Positions 34,900 to 34,900 of a DNA stretch of 34,900 nt are shown here, piece after piece. A program made the translations under genes and the position numbers. Within the stretch, counting starts at the first letter, position 1. Every line of letters starts with the position of its first letter. The stretch spans positions 1 through 34,900 of the forward strand of contig DASWEH010000541.1 of the NCBI GenBank assembly GCA_036394895.1, given 5' to 3'. The stretch comes from Anaerolineales bacterium (lineage in GTDB: Bacteria > Chloroflexota > Anaerolineae > Anaerolineales > Villigracilaceae). The notes below the pieces were generated by a model, which made no database searches, was not told where the DNA came from, and saw only the letters and a program-made list of their open reading frames with translations.

Positions 34900-34900
34900 G

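Overview
Bacterial chromosomal window, most likely Chloroflexota (Anaerolineae-like). This is an inference from the many GAF-domain signalling proteins, the intergenic palindromic repeats and the frequent leaderless-type promoters. Left (1-5.9 kb): a translationally coupled envelope-glycan operon (unknown protein, GH99-like lipoprotein, GT-C glycosyltransferase, phosphoesterase, membrane-anchored surface protein). Middle: housekeeping genes (pabB-pabC fusion, VanZ, scpA, moaC/cupin/moaD/moaE, fabF, rplS, C26 amidohydrolase, murI, hflX, a soluble kinase, an M28/glutaminyl-cyclase-like enzyme, trmFO), REP/MITE-like repeats, and a soluble HK-HK-RR operon. Right (25.8-34.9 kb, minus strand) is the best candidate for an undescribed system. 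Two tandem GAF proteins lack an output domain and end in a split or permuted GAF module. They are followed by an orphan Soj/ParA ATPase, a 1537-aa hybrid kinase that begins with a basic peptide plus the complementary half-GAF, and a threonine-synthase-like PLP enzyme fused to a receiver domain (frameshifted by one base in this sequence). No rRNA, tRNA, CRISPR array or transposase was seen.
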